64,000 nucleotides of DNA from an uncultured Verrucomicrobia subdivision 3 bacterium (GCA_903870815.1 CAIQEI010000066.1:5584-69583); one strand, 5' to 3'; positions 27,569-37,599 are shown, counted from the stretch's first letter. The notes: generated by a model from the letters alone, not told the origin. Numbers and translations: made by a program.

Positions 27569-28498
27569 ATGAGCAAAACCGCACTCCTGTTTGCCGGTCA
27601 AGGCGCACAAGTCGTCGGCATGGGCAAAGACCTCGCCGAAAAGTTTCCGACCGCGAAAACGTGGTTCGACCGCGCCAATGCGGCGCTGGGTTACGATCTC
27701 GCGGGCATCTGTTTCAACGGGCCGGAAACCGAACTGACCAAGACGGAACACGCGCAGCCGGGTATTTTTCTCGTGAGCTGGGTTTGTTTTCAATTACTCA
27801 AGGAACAGGCGCCGAATCTCAAATTTGACGCCGCCGCCGGCCTGTCGCTCGGCGAATTCACCGCGCTGACGGCGGCGGGCGCGATGAGTTTTGAGGAAGG
27901 CCTGCGCGTGGTGCGCCAGCGCGGCAAGTTCATGCAGGAAGCCTGCGACGTGACCAAGGGCGGCATGGCGGCGATCATCGGCCTCGACGAGGCGCCGACG
28001 CGCGAAGTCTGCGCGGAAGCCGGCGTGGTGCTGGCGAATCTGAACTGTCCCGGACAGCTCGTCATCTCCGGCGAGGCGGTGAAAATTGTGAAGGCATGCG
28101 AACTAGCCAAGGCCAAAGGCGCAAAGCGTGCGCTGCCGTTGCCGGTGGCCGGCGCGTATCACTCGCCGCTTATGGCCAGCGCGCAGCCGAAGCTCGGCGC
28201 GGAACTGGCCAAGGTGAATCTGGTTTCGCCCGTCGTGCCGGTGATTTCAAACGTCACGGCGCAGGCGCACAGAATGCCGGCGGAGATTTCCGCCCGCCTC
28301 GTAGAGCAGGTCTGCGCGTCGGTGTTGTGGGAGACGTCCCTGCGCGCTTTGCTGGCGCAGGGTTTCACTCGGTTCATCGAACTCGGACCAGGCACGGCCT
28401 TGAGCGGCTTCATGAAGCGCATTGATAAAACGGCGACGATGCTGAACGTCGCGGACGCGGCCAGCCTGGAAGCGACGGTGGCTGCGTTGAATCGTTAA
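27569..28498 (+). CDS. fabD: Malonyl-CoA:ACP transacylase
   Basis: LLFAGQGAQVVGMGKDL..., GLSLGEFTAL active-site serine motif. Confidence 0.95.
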   Translation: MSKTALLFAGQGAQVVGMGKDLAEKFPTAKTWFDRANAALGYDLAGICFNGPETELTKTEHAQPGIFLVSWVCFQLLKEQAPNLKFDAAAGLSLGEFTALTAAGAMSFEEGLRVVRQRGKFMQEACDVTKGGMAAIIGLDEAPTREVCAEAGVVLANLNCPGQLVISGEAVKIVKACELAKAKGAKRALPLPVAGAYHSPLMASAQPKLGAELAKVNLVSPVVPVISNVTAQAHRMPAEISARLVEQVCASVLWETSLRALLAQGFTRFIELGPGTALSGFMKRIDKTATMLNVADAASLEATVAALNR

Positions 28499-28566
28499 AT
28501 AGTTGAATGGTGAATCGTTTTGCGTTCCAATGTCGCGACCAATTTAACAATTCAACGATTTAACGA
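28486..28566. repeat. Inverted pair of 8-bp GTTGAATN / NATTCAAC word arrays spanning the fabD stop to the fabG leader
   Basis: gttgaatc gttaaata gttgaatg gtgaatcg (28486-28517), then atttaaca attcaacg atttaacg (28542-28565). Confidence 0.75.
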
Positions 28567-28579
28567 ATTTCATTTTAAC

Positions 28580-29323
28580 ATGAGCCAACTTGCCAATCAA
28601 ATCGCCGTGGTCACCGGCGCGGGCCGCGGCATCGGCCGCGCCATTGCGTTGAAATTCGCCAATGAAGGCGCGGATGTCGTCGTGATCTCGCGCACGCAGG
28701 AAAATTCCGAGAAGGTCGCGGCGGAAATCCGCGCGCTCGGCCGCCAGGCGTGGGCCTTCGCCGTGGATGTGGCGGATGCCGCCGCCGTGAATGCCGCCGC
28801 CGAGAAAATTCTCGCCGGGGCCGGCAAGGTGGACATTCTGGTCAACAACGCCGGCGTGACGCGCGACGGTTTGCTGATGCGCCTGAGCGATGCGGACTGG
28901 GACACGGTGCTGGACACCAATCTCAAGGGCGCGTTCCTCGTCACAAAGGCGTTCAGCCGCGCAATGATCAAGGCGCGCACGGGCCGCATCCTCAACATTT
29001 CATCAGTCATCGGCCTGATCGGCAACGCGGGCCAGAGCAATTACGCGGCAAGCAAGGCGGGCTTGATTGGCTTCACCCAGTCGTGCGCGCGGGAGTTCGC
29101 CGGCCGCGGCATCACGGTTAACGCGATTGCCCCGGGCTTCATCGAGACGGACATGACGGCGGAGCTGAACGAGACTTTGAAGGCGGAGATTTTGAAGAAG
29201 ATTCCGCTGGGCAAGCTCGGCCAATCGGAAGACATCGCGGCGGCGGCACTGTATCTGGCCAGCCCGGCGGCGCGCTACGTCACCGGCCAGGTGTTGACAG
29301 TGGACGGCGGCATGGTGATGTGA
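28580..29323 (+). CDS. fabG: 3-oxoacyl-ACP reductase
   Basis: VVTGAGRGIGRAIAL, NNAGVTRD, SSVIG..GNAGQSNYAASKAG. Start at MSQLANQ. Confidence 0.93.
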   Translation: MSQLANQIAVVTGAGRGIGRAIALKFANEGADVVVISRTQENSEKVAAEIRALGRQAWAFAVDVADAAAVNAAAEKILAGAGKVDILVNNAGVTRDGLLMRLSDADWDTVLDTNLKGAFLVTKAFSRAMIKARTGRILNISSVIGLIGNAGQSNYAASKAGLIGFTQSCAREFAGRGITVNAIAPGFIETDMTAELNETLKAEILKKIPLGKLGQSEDIAAAALYLASPAARYVTGQVLTVDGGMVM

Positions 29324-29465
29324 AACCCCTTGCGGCAGGGAGGGTTAAGGCGTTTACGCAGCGCCGGCCGGGAACGGGCCGGCCGGAAAGTCATCCGGCC
29401 GGAAAATAAATTTGGATTCGGGCTTGACGGCTGCGGCAATTCTCGGCTAGGTAAAGAGCTATATT

Positions 29466-29708
29466 ATGTCAGACAAACCTATCGAACAGCGTGTAAAGGA
29501 CATCATCGTCGAACAGCTCGGCGTCAAACCCGACCAAGTCGTTCCGGCGGCCAAGTTCATTGAGGACCTTGGCGCGGATTCGCTCGACACCGTCGAGCTG
29601 GTCATGGCGCTGGAGGAGGAGTTCGGCATCGAGGTGCCGGATGAACAGGCCGAGAAGCTCCAGAGCGTCGGCGACGTCATCAAATACGTCGAGGAATCCG
29701 CCAAGTAA
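29466..29708 (+). CDS. acpP: Acyl carrier protein
   Basis: 80 aa with the [19 protein letters not shown] phosphopantetheine site. Confidence 0.97.
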   Translation: MSDKPIEQRVKDIIVEQLGVKPDQVVPAAKFIEDLGADSLDTVELVMALEEEFGIEVPDEQAEKLQSVGDVIKYVEESAK

Positions 29709-29723
29709 TTGAAATTTGAAGGG

Positions 29724-29770
29724 CGGGGCAGTTTAGGCTGGACACAGCCCGAACTGCCCCGTTTGATTTT
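29724..29770 (+). terminator. Hairpin plus T-tract between acpP and fabF (terminator/attenuator)
   Basis: 10-bp stem cggggcagtt (29724-29733) / aactgccccg (29752-29761), then tttgatttt. Confidence 0.6.
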
Positions 29771-29773
29771 GTC

Positions 29774-31033
29774 ATGGCAAACAACTCTACCGACCGGCGC
29801 GTGGTGGTCACGGGTATGGGCGTCGTCTCGCCCCTCGGCAACGACCTCCAAACGTTCTGGCACAATCTCATTACCGGGCAGTGCGGCATCGACAAAATCA
29901 CCGCGTTCGACGCGACGGCGTTCGCCACGCAAATCGCCGGCGAGGTAAAAAACTTCGATCCCGCGCCCGCTTTTCCGTCGCCCAAGGAAATCCGCCGCAC
30001 CGACCGCTACACGCAGCTTGGCGTCTATGCCGCGTGGAGCGCACTGAAGGATTCCGGCCTGGAGCTCGCCAAGGAAAACTTGGATGAAATCGGCGTGTTC
30101 CTCGGCTCCGGCATCGGCGGCCTGCAGACCACCAGCGAGCAATTGAAAGTGTTGCTGGAGCGCGGGCCGGGCCGGCTCTCGCCGTTCATGATCCCGATGC
30201 TGATCTCGAACATGGCGTCCGGCATCGTCTCGATGTATTACAACCTGCGCGGCCCCAATTTCGCCACCTGCTCCGCCTGCGCCACCGCCAACCACGCCAT
30301 CGGCGAGGCCTGGCGCACCATCAAAATGGGCGACGCCCAGGTGATGCTCGCCGGCGGGGCCGAGGCCGCGGTGGTGCCCATCGGCATTGGCGGCTTCTGC
30401 GCCATGCGCGCCATGAGCACGCGCAATGACGATCCGAAACACGCGTCGCGGCCGTTCGATAAGGACCGCGACGGCTTTGTCATGGGCGAAGGCGCGGGCG
30501 TCGTCGTCCTCGAGGAAATGGAACACGCCAAACAGCGCGGCGCGCAGATTTACTGCGAGATCGCCGGCTACGGCAACACCGCCGACGCGCATCACCTCAC
30601 CGCGCCTTCCCCCGGCGGCGAAGGCGCGGCCCGCTGCATGAAAATGGCGCTGCGCTCCGGCGGCTTGAACCCGGCCGACGTGAGCTACATCAACGCCCAC
30701 GGCACCTCCACGCCGCAGGGCGACGTCTGCGAAACGCAGGCCATCAAGAGCGTTTTCGGCGACCACGCGCGGAAGCTCGCCGTCAGCTCCACCAAGGGGG
30801 CGACCGGCCACATGCTGGGCGCGGCCGGCGCGGTGGAAATGGCCGCCTGCGCGCTGGCCATCAAGCATAGCATCGTCCCGCCGACCATCAACCTGCAGAA
30901 CCCCGACCCCGAATGCGACCTGGATTACGTCCCGAACACCGCGCGCGAAATGCCGGTGAACGTGATCGTGAACAACTCGTTCGGCTTCGGCGGCCACAAC
31001 TCGACCATCGCGGCGAAAAAGTTCATAGGCTGA
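29774..31033 (+). CDS. fabF: 3-oxoacyl-ACP synthase II
   Basis: RRVVVTGMGVVSPLGN, active-site TCSACATANHAIG, NAHGTSTP, NSFGFGGHN. Confidence 0.95.
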   Translation: MANNSTDRRVVVTGMGVVSPLGNDLQTFWHNLITGQCGIDKITAFDATAFATQIAGEVKNFDPAPAFPSPKEIRRTDRYTQLGVYAAWSALKDSGLELAKENLDEIGVFLGSGIGGLQTTSEQLKVLLERGPGRLSPFMIPMLISNMASGIVSMYYNLRGPNFATCSACATANHAIGEAWRTIKMGDAQVMLAGGAEAAVVPIGIGGFCAMRAMSTRNDDPKHASRPFDKDRDGFVMGEGAGVVVLEEMEHAKQRGAQIYCEIAGYGNTADAHHLTAPSPGGEGAARCMKMALRSGGLNPADVSYINAHGTSTPQGDVCETQAIKSVFGDHARKLAVSSTKGATGHMLGAAGAVEMAACALAIKHSIVPPTINLQNPDPECDLDYVPNTAREMPVNVIVNNSFGFGGHNSTIAAKKFIG

Positions 31034-31036
31034 GTT

Positions 31037-31330
31037 TCAGGCGATCCGTTCCCAGATCCTGATTTCGGGAAACGCCAGGCAGAGCTCTTCCACGCGCGGC
31101 AGGAGGGCGGCGATATGGGGGGATTTCAAATGCGCGTCCAAGTGTGCCTGGCTCGTCCAATTTTCATGGAAGAGAAATTTCGAAGGGTCTTCCGGCGAAG
31201 CGTGCAGATCGTAATTCAAGCAGCCCGCTTCCTGGCGGGTCGGCGCGACCAGACCGAGGAGCGCGGTGCGCAATTCACTTTCCTTTCCAGGCTTAGCCTG
31301 AAACGTTGCAACGACGGTCACAGTATTCAT
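31037..31330 (-). CDS. Antibiotic-biosynthesis-monooxygenase (ABM/YgiN-like) domain protein
   Basis: 97 aa. VVATFQAKPGKESELRTALLGLVAPTRQEAGCLNYDLH...ENWTSQAHLDAHL. Confidence 0.8.
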   Translation of the reverse strand: MNTVTVVATFQAKPGKESELRTALLGLVAPTRQEAGCLNYDLHASPEDPSKFLFHENWTSQAHLDAHLKSPHIAALLPRVEELCLAFPEIRIWERIA

Positions 31331-31367
31331 TTCGTTTTAATAAGCGTTGCCAAAAAAATGCTTTCTT

Positions 31368-32057
31368 TCATGGCAACGTAATATTTTGAGACGCAACTTT
31401 TCCCATCTTTTGGCATCCAGCCACGTTAAAAACCAATAGCACCACCAGCACCGTCCATAACAAACCTGTTTGCCAACGTCTCCGATACCGGAATGCGACG
31501 ACAAATAATACCAAATACACGAAGTAGCAAGACAGGAAAGCCAGCCATCCGTAATCCTTGCCGTCACTTACGACCCCAGTTAATCCGAGTGGAAAAATAG
31601 CGAAGCCCCAGGCCGTTAGCATCAAAACCGCTGGAAATGCATGAATACCGTCTCGCAAGACGTAGGACATCAGCCCCCAGGCAAGCCAAAGAATGAATGG
31701 ACCAAGGTATGTTCCGAAAAATATTCGTGCGATAATTCGACTGGGGATCGTTTTTGGCGCTGCTACCGCTAAAGTTGGCAGCCAACGAAACCCGCCGCAA
31801 AGCACCAAGATTATGCCTGCGGCTGCTAGGGCAATGACCGCCGACCATATAATCAACCGATTGTGCGTCTCCTTTTGACTGCGGAGTAACTCCGCATCTT
31901 GCTTACTCCTTTCAATAATCAACTTGATTGCCCGTTGTTCCCGCTCAATATATTTCTCTTTGTTCGTGGATTGCGCTAACGCGTGAGCTGCTGCCGAGAA
32001 CCATAAAATAGCAATTATGACTGCAAGTTCTGTGATGAAACCGGTTGGGCGTTTCAT
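31368..32057 (-). CDS. Hypothetical polytopic membrane protein (AT-richer gene)
   Basis: 229 aa with several hydrophobic helices. No recognised family. Visibly lower GC than its neighbours. Confidence 0.55.
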   Translation of the reverse strand: MKRPTGFITELAVIIAILWFSAAAHALAQSTNKEKYIEREQRAIKLIIERSKQDAELLRSQKETHNRLIIWSAVIALAAAGIILVLCGGFRWLPTLAVAAPKTIPSRIIARIFFGTYLGPFILWLAWGLMSYVLRDGIHAFPAVLMLTAWGFAIFPLGLTGVVSDGKDYGWLAFLSCYFVYLVLFVVAFRYRRRWQTGLLWTVLVVLLVFNVAGCQKMGKVASQNITLP

Positions 32058-32093
32058 AAACGAGCTGTCGGGAGTGTTACAACAGCTTGTGCG

Positions 32094-32810
32094 TTAATAG
32101 AGCGTTGCCAAAATGTTCTCCGCCGCCGCGCGCGGGTTTTCCGCCGCGTAAATCGGCCGGCCGATCACCAGCCAGCTCGCCCCCGCCGCCATGGCCTCGC
32201 GCGGCGTGAGCGTGCGCTTCTGGTCGTCGGCCTTTTCCGCACCGGTGCGGATGCCGGGTGTCACCAGTTGAATCTCCGCCGGCAGAATCTCCCGCAGATC
32301 GGCGATTTCGAGCGGCGAGCAGACTAGCCCGCGCAAGCCGGACTTCACCGCCAGCACGGCGAGTCGTTCGACCTGGCGGCCGACGTTGGGTTCGCAGCCG
32401 ATTTCCGCGAGCGTTTCCTGGTTGGAACTCGTCAGCACCGTAACGCCCAGCACCAGCGGCGCGGGCCGGCCGAGCGACTTTGCCGTGTCCTGCGCGGATT
32501 TTTCCGCCGCCTGCATCATCTCGCCGCCGCCGCTGGTGTGGATGGTGAGCATCTGCACATCGAGCCGCGCGGCCGCGGCGACGGCCCGGGCGACGGTGTT
32601 CGGGATGTCGTGGAATTTCAAATCCAGGAACACATTCGCGCCGGTTGCGCGGACCCGCTGCACGATGTCCGGTCCGGCGGCGACGAAGAGTTCCTTGCCG
32701 ATTTTGAACGCGCCGACAGCGGGGGCGATTTGTTCGGCTAGTTTCAGCGCTTGTTCCGCCGACGGCACGTCGAGCGCGGCGATGATGGGATTTTTCATTT
32801 GGTCAGCCAC
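32094..32810 (-). CDS. pyrF: Orotidine-5'-phosphate decarboxylase
   Basis: IIAALDVPSAEQAL..., FLDLKFHDIPNTV, LVIGRPI. Confidence 0.95.
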   Translation of the reverse strand: MADQMKNPIIAALDVPSAEQALKLAEQIAPAVGAFKIGKELFVAAGPDIVQRVRATGANVFLDLKFHDIPNTVARAVAAAARLDVQMLTIHTSGGGEMMQAAEKSAQDTAKSLGRPAPLVLGVTVLTSSNQETLAEIGCEPNVGRQVERLAVLAVKSGLRGLVCSPLEIADLREILPAEIQLVTPGIRTGAEKADDQKRTLTPREAMAAGASWLVIGRPIYAAENPRAAAENILATLY

Positions 32811-32893
32811 AGATGCCCACAGCTAAGCACAGAATCCCGAAATGTGCAGCCGCGAATTTTGACTTGGCCGCGGATTTTGCCTAACCTCCAAAC

Positions 32894-34186
32894 ATGAAGA
32901 TCGCCCGGCATACCGACAAGAATTTCTCCGCCAAGCTTCGCGAAGCCGCCACGCCCGACAGCTTGTTTGATCTCGAAATCGAGCAGCGCACGCGCCAGAT
33001 CCTCGATGCGGTCCACACCTGCGGCGACGAGGGGCTGCTGGAGTGCACCGCGCGCTTTGACGGGGCGAAGCTCACCGCCGACCAGCTGGCGGTGACGGCG
33101 GCGGAACTCTTCAACGCCTCGCTCGCCGCCGACGAACCTTTGCGCGCGGCGGTGGCGGAAGCGGAGGCGAACATCGCCGGCTTCGCCAAAAAATCGAAGC
33201 GCAAGGCCTGGGCCGGAAAAAATTCCCACGGCGCGAGCGTCGGCGAGAAATTTGATCCCTTCACGCGCGTCGGCGTTTACATCCCGGGCGGCACCGCGCC
33301 GCTGGTCTCGACGGCGCTGATGACCATCACCCTCGCCCGGGTCGCCGGCTGCAAAGAAATCGTCGTGACCACGCCGTGCGGCCGGGACGGGACCATTAAC
33401 CCGGCGATCCTGTTCGCGGCGCGCGCGGTGGGGGCGACGGAGATTTATCGCGTCGGCGGGGCGCAGGCGATTGGGGCGCTGGCTTACGGCACGCAGACAA
33501 TCCGCCGGGTGGACAAGATTTTTGGCCCGGGCAACGCCTACGTCAGCATGGCCAAGCGCCTGCTGTTCGGGCGCGTGTCGATTGACCTGCTCGCCGGACC
33601 GAGTGATTTGCTGGTGCTGGCCGACGACACGGCGAATCCGCGTTTCGCGGCCGCCGACATGCTCGCGCAGGCCGAGCACGGTTCCGGCCATGAACGCGTC
33701 TGGCTCGTGACCACCTCCGCGACCGTGCACCGGGCCGTGGAAAAGGAAATTGCCAGACAGCTGCCCAAACTGCCCCGCCGCGAATTCATCCAGCGCGTGC
33801 TCGACCGCAACACCTGGCTCATCCAGGTCGCAACCGTGGCGGACGGCGTGGCGCTGGCGAACCGGCTCGCGCCGGAACATTGCGAAGTCCTCACGCGCGA
33901 TGCGCGGCGCGTGAGCGGCGGCATCGTGACCGCGGGCGCGATCTTCCTTGGCAACTGGACGCCGACCGTGCTAGGCGATTACGTCGCCGGGCCGAGCCAT
34001 GTGCTGCCGACCGACGGCGCCGGCGCGTCCTTCGCCGGCCTGACGGTGGATCAGTTCCAGCGCCGCACGAGCCTGGTGGAATATAACCGCGCGTCGCTAA
34101 AGAAAGCACTAACCTCGGTGAAAAAATTCGCGGAACTCGAAGGCCTTAGCGCCCATGGCAAAAGCGCCGAGGCGCGATTCAAATAA
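32894..34186 (+). CDS. hisD: Histidinol dehydrogenase
   Basis: 430 aa. VGVYIPGGTAPLVSTALM, AGPSDLLVLAD, QAEHGSG, APEHCEV. Confidence 0.95.
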   Translation: MKIARHTDKNFSAKLREAATPDSLFDLEIEQRTRQILDAVHTCGDEGLLECTARFDGAKLTADQLAVTAAELFNASLAADEPLRAAVAEAEANIAGFAKKSKRKAWAGKNSHGASVGEKFDPFTRVGVYIPGGTAPLVSTALMTITLARVAGCKEIVVTTPCGRDGTINPAILFAARAVGATEIYRVGGAQAIGALAYGTQTIRRVDKIFGPGNAYVSMAKRLLFGRVSIDLLAGPSDLLVLADDTANPRFAAADMLAQAEHGSGHERVWLVTTSATVHRAVEKEIARQLPKLPRREFIQRVLDRNTWLIQVATVADGVALANRLAPEHCEVLTRDARRVSGGIVTAGAIFLGNWTPTVLGDYVAGPSHVLPTDGAGASFAGLTVDQFQRRTSLVEYNRASLKKALTSVKKFAELEGLSAHGKSAEARFK

Positions 34187-34299
34187 ATCGGATCCGAGCA
34201 CGCTCTCTGAACCGACCATTCGGCCGCCGCTCCCCACATTGGATTTGCTGGTGTCCGGGCGGCCGGTTTTCTGCGATACTAGGACAACGTTTTTTAATC

Positions 34300-35037
34300 G
34301 TGCAAATTTCATCCGCCATCTTTGATTGCAGCGCGCCGGATCTGGGGGCCTGTCCGGACGAGTCGCTGCCAGAATTCGCCTTCATCGGCCGCTCGAACGT
34401 CGGCAAGTCGTCCCTGCTGAACACGCTGGCGGGCGTCGAGCGGCTGGCGCGGGTCTCGCCCACGCCGGGGTTCACCAAGCTCATCAACTTTTTCAAGATG
34501 GGCAAAACCTGGCGCCTGGTGGACCTGCCGGGCTACGGCTACGCCGAAGGTTCGCGCAAACACGTCTCGCAGTTCAACCGCGCGGTGGCGAACTACCTCC
34601 GGCACCGGCCGAACCTATGCTGCGTGTTCCTGCTGATCGATTCCGGCCTGGAACCCCAGCCGATCGATCTGGAGTTCGTGCAGTGGCTCGCAAGCCAAGC
34701 GCTGCCGTTTGTGATCGTATTCACCAAGACGGATCGCGGCACGCCCGAGGCGGTGGCGGCGAACATCGCGGCGTTCAAGGAACGCATCGCCGGCTGGTTC
34801 GAGCAATTGCCGGAAATTTTCCAGTGTTCCTCCACGACCGGACACGGCCGGAGCGAATTACTCGGCGTCATCGCCAAGATCGTCGATGCCGGCCCGGCGG
34901 TTTCCGAGCCCGCTGCGCCCGCCGCCCCGCCGGTGCCGGAAGTCGAGCCGCCGTTTCGGATCCAGGTGCGCGCCGGCCAGGCGCGCGAAAAAGATCCGCG
35001 CGCGAAAAAAAACCTCAAAGGCGCGCGGCCTTGGTGA
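34300..35037 (+). CDS. engB: Ribosome-biogenesis GTPase EngB/YsxC/YihA with basic Pro/Ala-rich C-terminal tail
   Basis: EFAFIGRSNVGKSSLLNTL, DLPGYGYA, TKTD. Confidence 0.9.
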   Translation: MQISSAIFDCSAPDLGACPDESLPEFAFIGRSNVGKSSLLNTLAGVERLARVSPTPGFTKLINFFKMGKTWRLVDLPGYGYAEGSRKHVSQFNRAVANYLRHRPNLCCVFLLIDSGLEPQPIDLEFVQWLASQALPFVIVFTKTDRGTPEAVAANIAAFKERIAGWFEQLPEIFQCSSTTGHGRSELLGVIAKIVDAGPAVSEPAAPAAPPVPEVEPPFRIQVRAGQAREKDPRAKKNLKGARPW

Positions 35038-35090
35038 ATTTTCGCCGCTCCACTTGCACTTTTCATTTTCCGGCCTAATGTGTCGGCGCC

Positions 35091-36176
35091 ATGGCCAACG
35101 AACCGACTTCCGTCCCGCATCTCTTTCAACCGCTGACCCTTCGTTCCGTGACGCTGCGCAATCGCATCGGCGTGTCGCCGATGTGCCAGTACTCGGCCGT
35201 GGACGGCCTGGCAAACGACTGGCATTTGGTCCATCTCGGTTCGCGCGCCGTCGGCGGCGCGGGCCTGGTCATCGTCGAGGCCACGGGCATTGCCCCGGAA
35301 GGCCGCATCACACCCGGCTGCCTGGGCCTATGGAGTGAACAACAGGTCGAGCCGCTCGCGCACATCGCCCGGTTCCTGAGGAGCCACGGGGCGGTGGCCG
35401 GCATTCAGATTGCCCATGCCGGCCGGAAGGCATCCGCCGATCTGCCGTGGAACGGCGGCGCGCATCTGTCCGCCGCGCAAGGCGGCTGGGAAACCATTGC
35501 GCCGAGTGCGATTCCCTTTGGCGGTGAACTGACCAAAGTTCCCCGTGCGATGACCGATGCGGACATCGCCCGCGTGCAAGGTGAATTTGTCGCCGCGGCC
35601 GAGCGCGCCCTGACGGCGGGCTTTCAATGGCTGGAACTGCACGCGGCGCACGGCTACCTGTTCAATGAATTTCTATCGCCGCTCACCAACCGGCGCACGG
35701 ATCAATACGGCGGCAGCTTCGAGAACCGCATCAGGCTGCTGCGCGACACGACGCGCGCCGTGCGCGGAGTCTGGCCGGACCACCTGCCGCTGGCCGTGCG
35801 CCTCTCGGCGATTGACTGGAAGGACGGCGGCTGGCAGATCGAAGACAGCATCGCGCTCGCAAAATTGCTCAAGGCCGAGGGGGTGGACCTGATTGATTGC
35901 AGCTCCGGCGGCGTGGTGGCGGATGCGAAAATCACCGTCCAACCCGGCTACCAGGTGCCGTTCGCGGAAAAAATCCGCCACGGCGCGGACATCGCCACGG
36001 CGGCGGTCGGTTTTATCACCCACCCGCAGCCGGCGGAGGACATCATCCGGAACGGCCAGGCTGATGTGGTGCTGCTGGCACGGCAGTTCCTCCGCGACCC
36101 GTATTGGCCAGCGCACGCCGCGCGCACCCTGGGATACAAAATCACGCCGCCGGGCCAGTATGCCCGCGCCTGGTGA
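35091..36176 (+). CDS. NADH:flavin oxidoreductase (Old Yellow Enzyme, YqjM/NamA-like)
   Basis: LFQPLTLRSVTLRNRIGVSPMCQY, HAAHGYLFNEFLSPLTNRRTDQYGGS. Confidence 0.92.
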   Translation: MANEPTSVPHLFQPLTLRSVTLRNRIGVSPMCQYSAVDGLANDWHLVHLGSRAVGGAGLVIVEATGIAPEGRITPGCLGLWSEQQVEPLAHIARFLRSHGAVAGIQIAHAGRKASADLPWNGGAHLSAAQGGWETIAPSAIPFGGELTKVPRAMTDADIARVQGEFVAAAERALTAGFQWLELHAAHGYLFNEFLSPLTNRRTDQYGGSFENRIRLLRDTTRAVRGVWPDHLPLAVRLSAIDWKDGGWQIEDSIALAKLLKAEGVDLIDCSSGGVVADAKITVQPGYQVPFAEKIRHGADIATAAVGFITHPQPAEDIIRNGQADVVLLARQFLRDPYWPAHAARTLGYKITPPGQYARAW

Positions 36177-36225
36177 TTTTTGGCGCCGCGCTTGAACATT
36201 CCCGTCCCGCCGATTAATTTGGGCC

Positions 36226-36456
36226 ATGCCGATCTATGAATTCCATTGCGCCCAGTGCGAACGCGATTCTGAAATCCTCGTCCGCTCGGCCGAGTGGCGC
36301 GGCACGAAGTGCCCGCACTGCGGCTCCTCGCGGCTGGACAAGAAATTTTCCACCTTCGCTTCCGCCGCTGCCGGCAAAGCCACGCCCGCGGTCAAATCGA
36401 CCGGTGGCGGACGCGGCGGCGGGTGTTGCGGCGGCCATTGCCACGGCGGTCATTGA
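36226..36456 (+). CDS. FmdB-family (CxxC-CxxC) zinc-ribbon protein
   Basis: MPIYEFHCAQCERDSEILVRSAEWRGTKCPHCGSSRLDKKFS... Confidence 0.85.
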   Translation: MPIYEFHCAQCERDSEILVRSAEWRGTKCPHCGSSRLDKKFSTFASAAAGKATPAVKSTGGGRGGGCCGGHCHGGH

Positions 36457-36479
36457 GGTTGACGGCCGGCTGACGGCAT

Positions 36480-37568
36480 ATGGCAAAAATGAATTTCACG
36501 CACGATGTCCGCGCCCTGGCGGGCCGATTTCAATTAGCCGGGGAATTTCTTCAGGCCGAACCGTTTGGCCGCGGCCACATCAACGATACCTACCGCGTCA
36601 CGACCGGCCACGGCCTCCGCACCCGTTACATTTTGCAACGCCTTAATCCGGCGGTGTTCCCAAATCCCGCCGCCGTCATGGCCAACATCCAACGCGTCTC
36701 CGCGCATCTCAGCCGGAAAATCGCCGGTGAGCCGGACGCAGCGCGCCGGGTGCTGCGGCTGGTCCCGGCGCTGGACGAAAGCCCATATCACCGCGATGCA
36801 GCGGGCAATTGGTGGCGCGTATATTATTATATCGAACGGACGCGGGCGGTGGACGTGGTCGAGACGCCGGCGCAGGCGTTCGCGGCGGCGCAGGCGTTCG
36901 GCCAATTTCAAAAACTGCTCGCCGACCTGCCCGCCCCGCGTTTGCAGGCCACGATTCCTGATTTTCATCACACCCCCAAACGCTGGGCCGCGCTGGAACG
37001 GGCGGTCACCGCCGATGCCGCCAACCGCGCCCTGAAAGCGCGGGCGGAAATCCAGTTCGCCTTGCAAAACCAGCCGCTCTGCCGCGTGCTGCTCGACGCG
37101 CACCTGCCGGAACGCGCCACCCACAATGACACCAAGCTGAACAACGTGCTGCTCGATGACGCCACCGGCGAGGGCGTCTGCGTGATTGATCTGGATACCG
37201 TCATGCCGGGCCTGGCGCTTTACGATTTTGGCGACATGGTGCGGTCCATGACCAATCCGGCACCGGAAGCCGAGCGGGATTTGGCGAAGGTGGAGATGCA
37301 GTTTCCGGTGTTTGAGGCGCTGCTGCGCGGATACCTCGCGGCGGCGGATTTTCTCACCCCGGCGGAAATGAATTTGCTGCCGGTGGCCGGCCAGCTGATT
37401 ACGTTCGAGCTGGGACTTCGTTTTCTCACGGATTTTCTATCCGGCGACATCTATTTCAAGGTCCAGCGGGAAGGGGAAAACCTCGACCGCTGCCGCACCC
37501 AGTTCAAGTTGTTTGAATCCATCCGCCGGCAGGAACCGGCCATGAGCCGGCTCGTGGCGTCGTTTTGA
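36480..37568 (+). CDS. Aminoglycoside-phosphotransferase-fold kinase (N-acetylhexosamine-1-kinase-like)
   Basis: FGRGHINDTYRV nucleotide loop, HNDTKLNNVLLD catalytic loop, IDLDT. Confidence 0.65.
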   Translation: MAKMNFTHDVRALAGRFQLAGEFLQAEPFGRGHINDTYRVTTGHGLRTRYILQRLNPAVFPNPAAVMANIQRVSAHLSRKIAGEPDAARRVLRLVPALDESPYHRDAAGNWWRVYYYIERTRAVDVVETPAQAFAAAQAFGQFQKLLADLPAPRLQATIPDFHHTPKRWAALERAVTADAANRALKARAEIQFALQNQPLCRVLLDAHLPERATHNDTKLNNVLLDDATGEGVCVIDLDTVMPGLALYDFGDMVRSMTNPAPEAERDLAKVEMQFPVFEALLRGYLAAADFLTPAEMNLLPVAGQLITFELGLRFLTDFLSGDIYFKVQREGENLDRCRTQFKLFESIRRQEPAMSRLVASF

Positions 37569-37599
37569 TCCGCGCGCGGCCGGCGGTTGCCAAAGCCGT

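Noticed and set aside
29459-30997. 512-aa minus-strand ORF, plus similar long antisense ORFs at 32795-33880, 42330-43436, 43555-45003, 45453-46523, 50330-51826 and 59983-61407
   Set aside because: Each overlaps a confidently identified gene on the other strand (fabF, hisD, recA, the RGG protein, the helicase, trpB2, pntAA). Each has Arg/Gly/Ala/His-rich nonsense composition typical of high-GC antisense frames.
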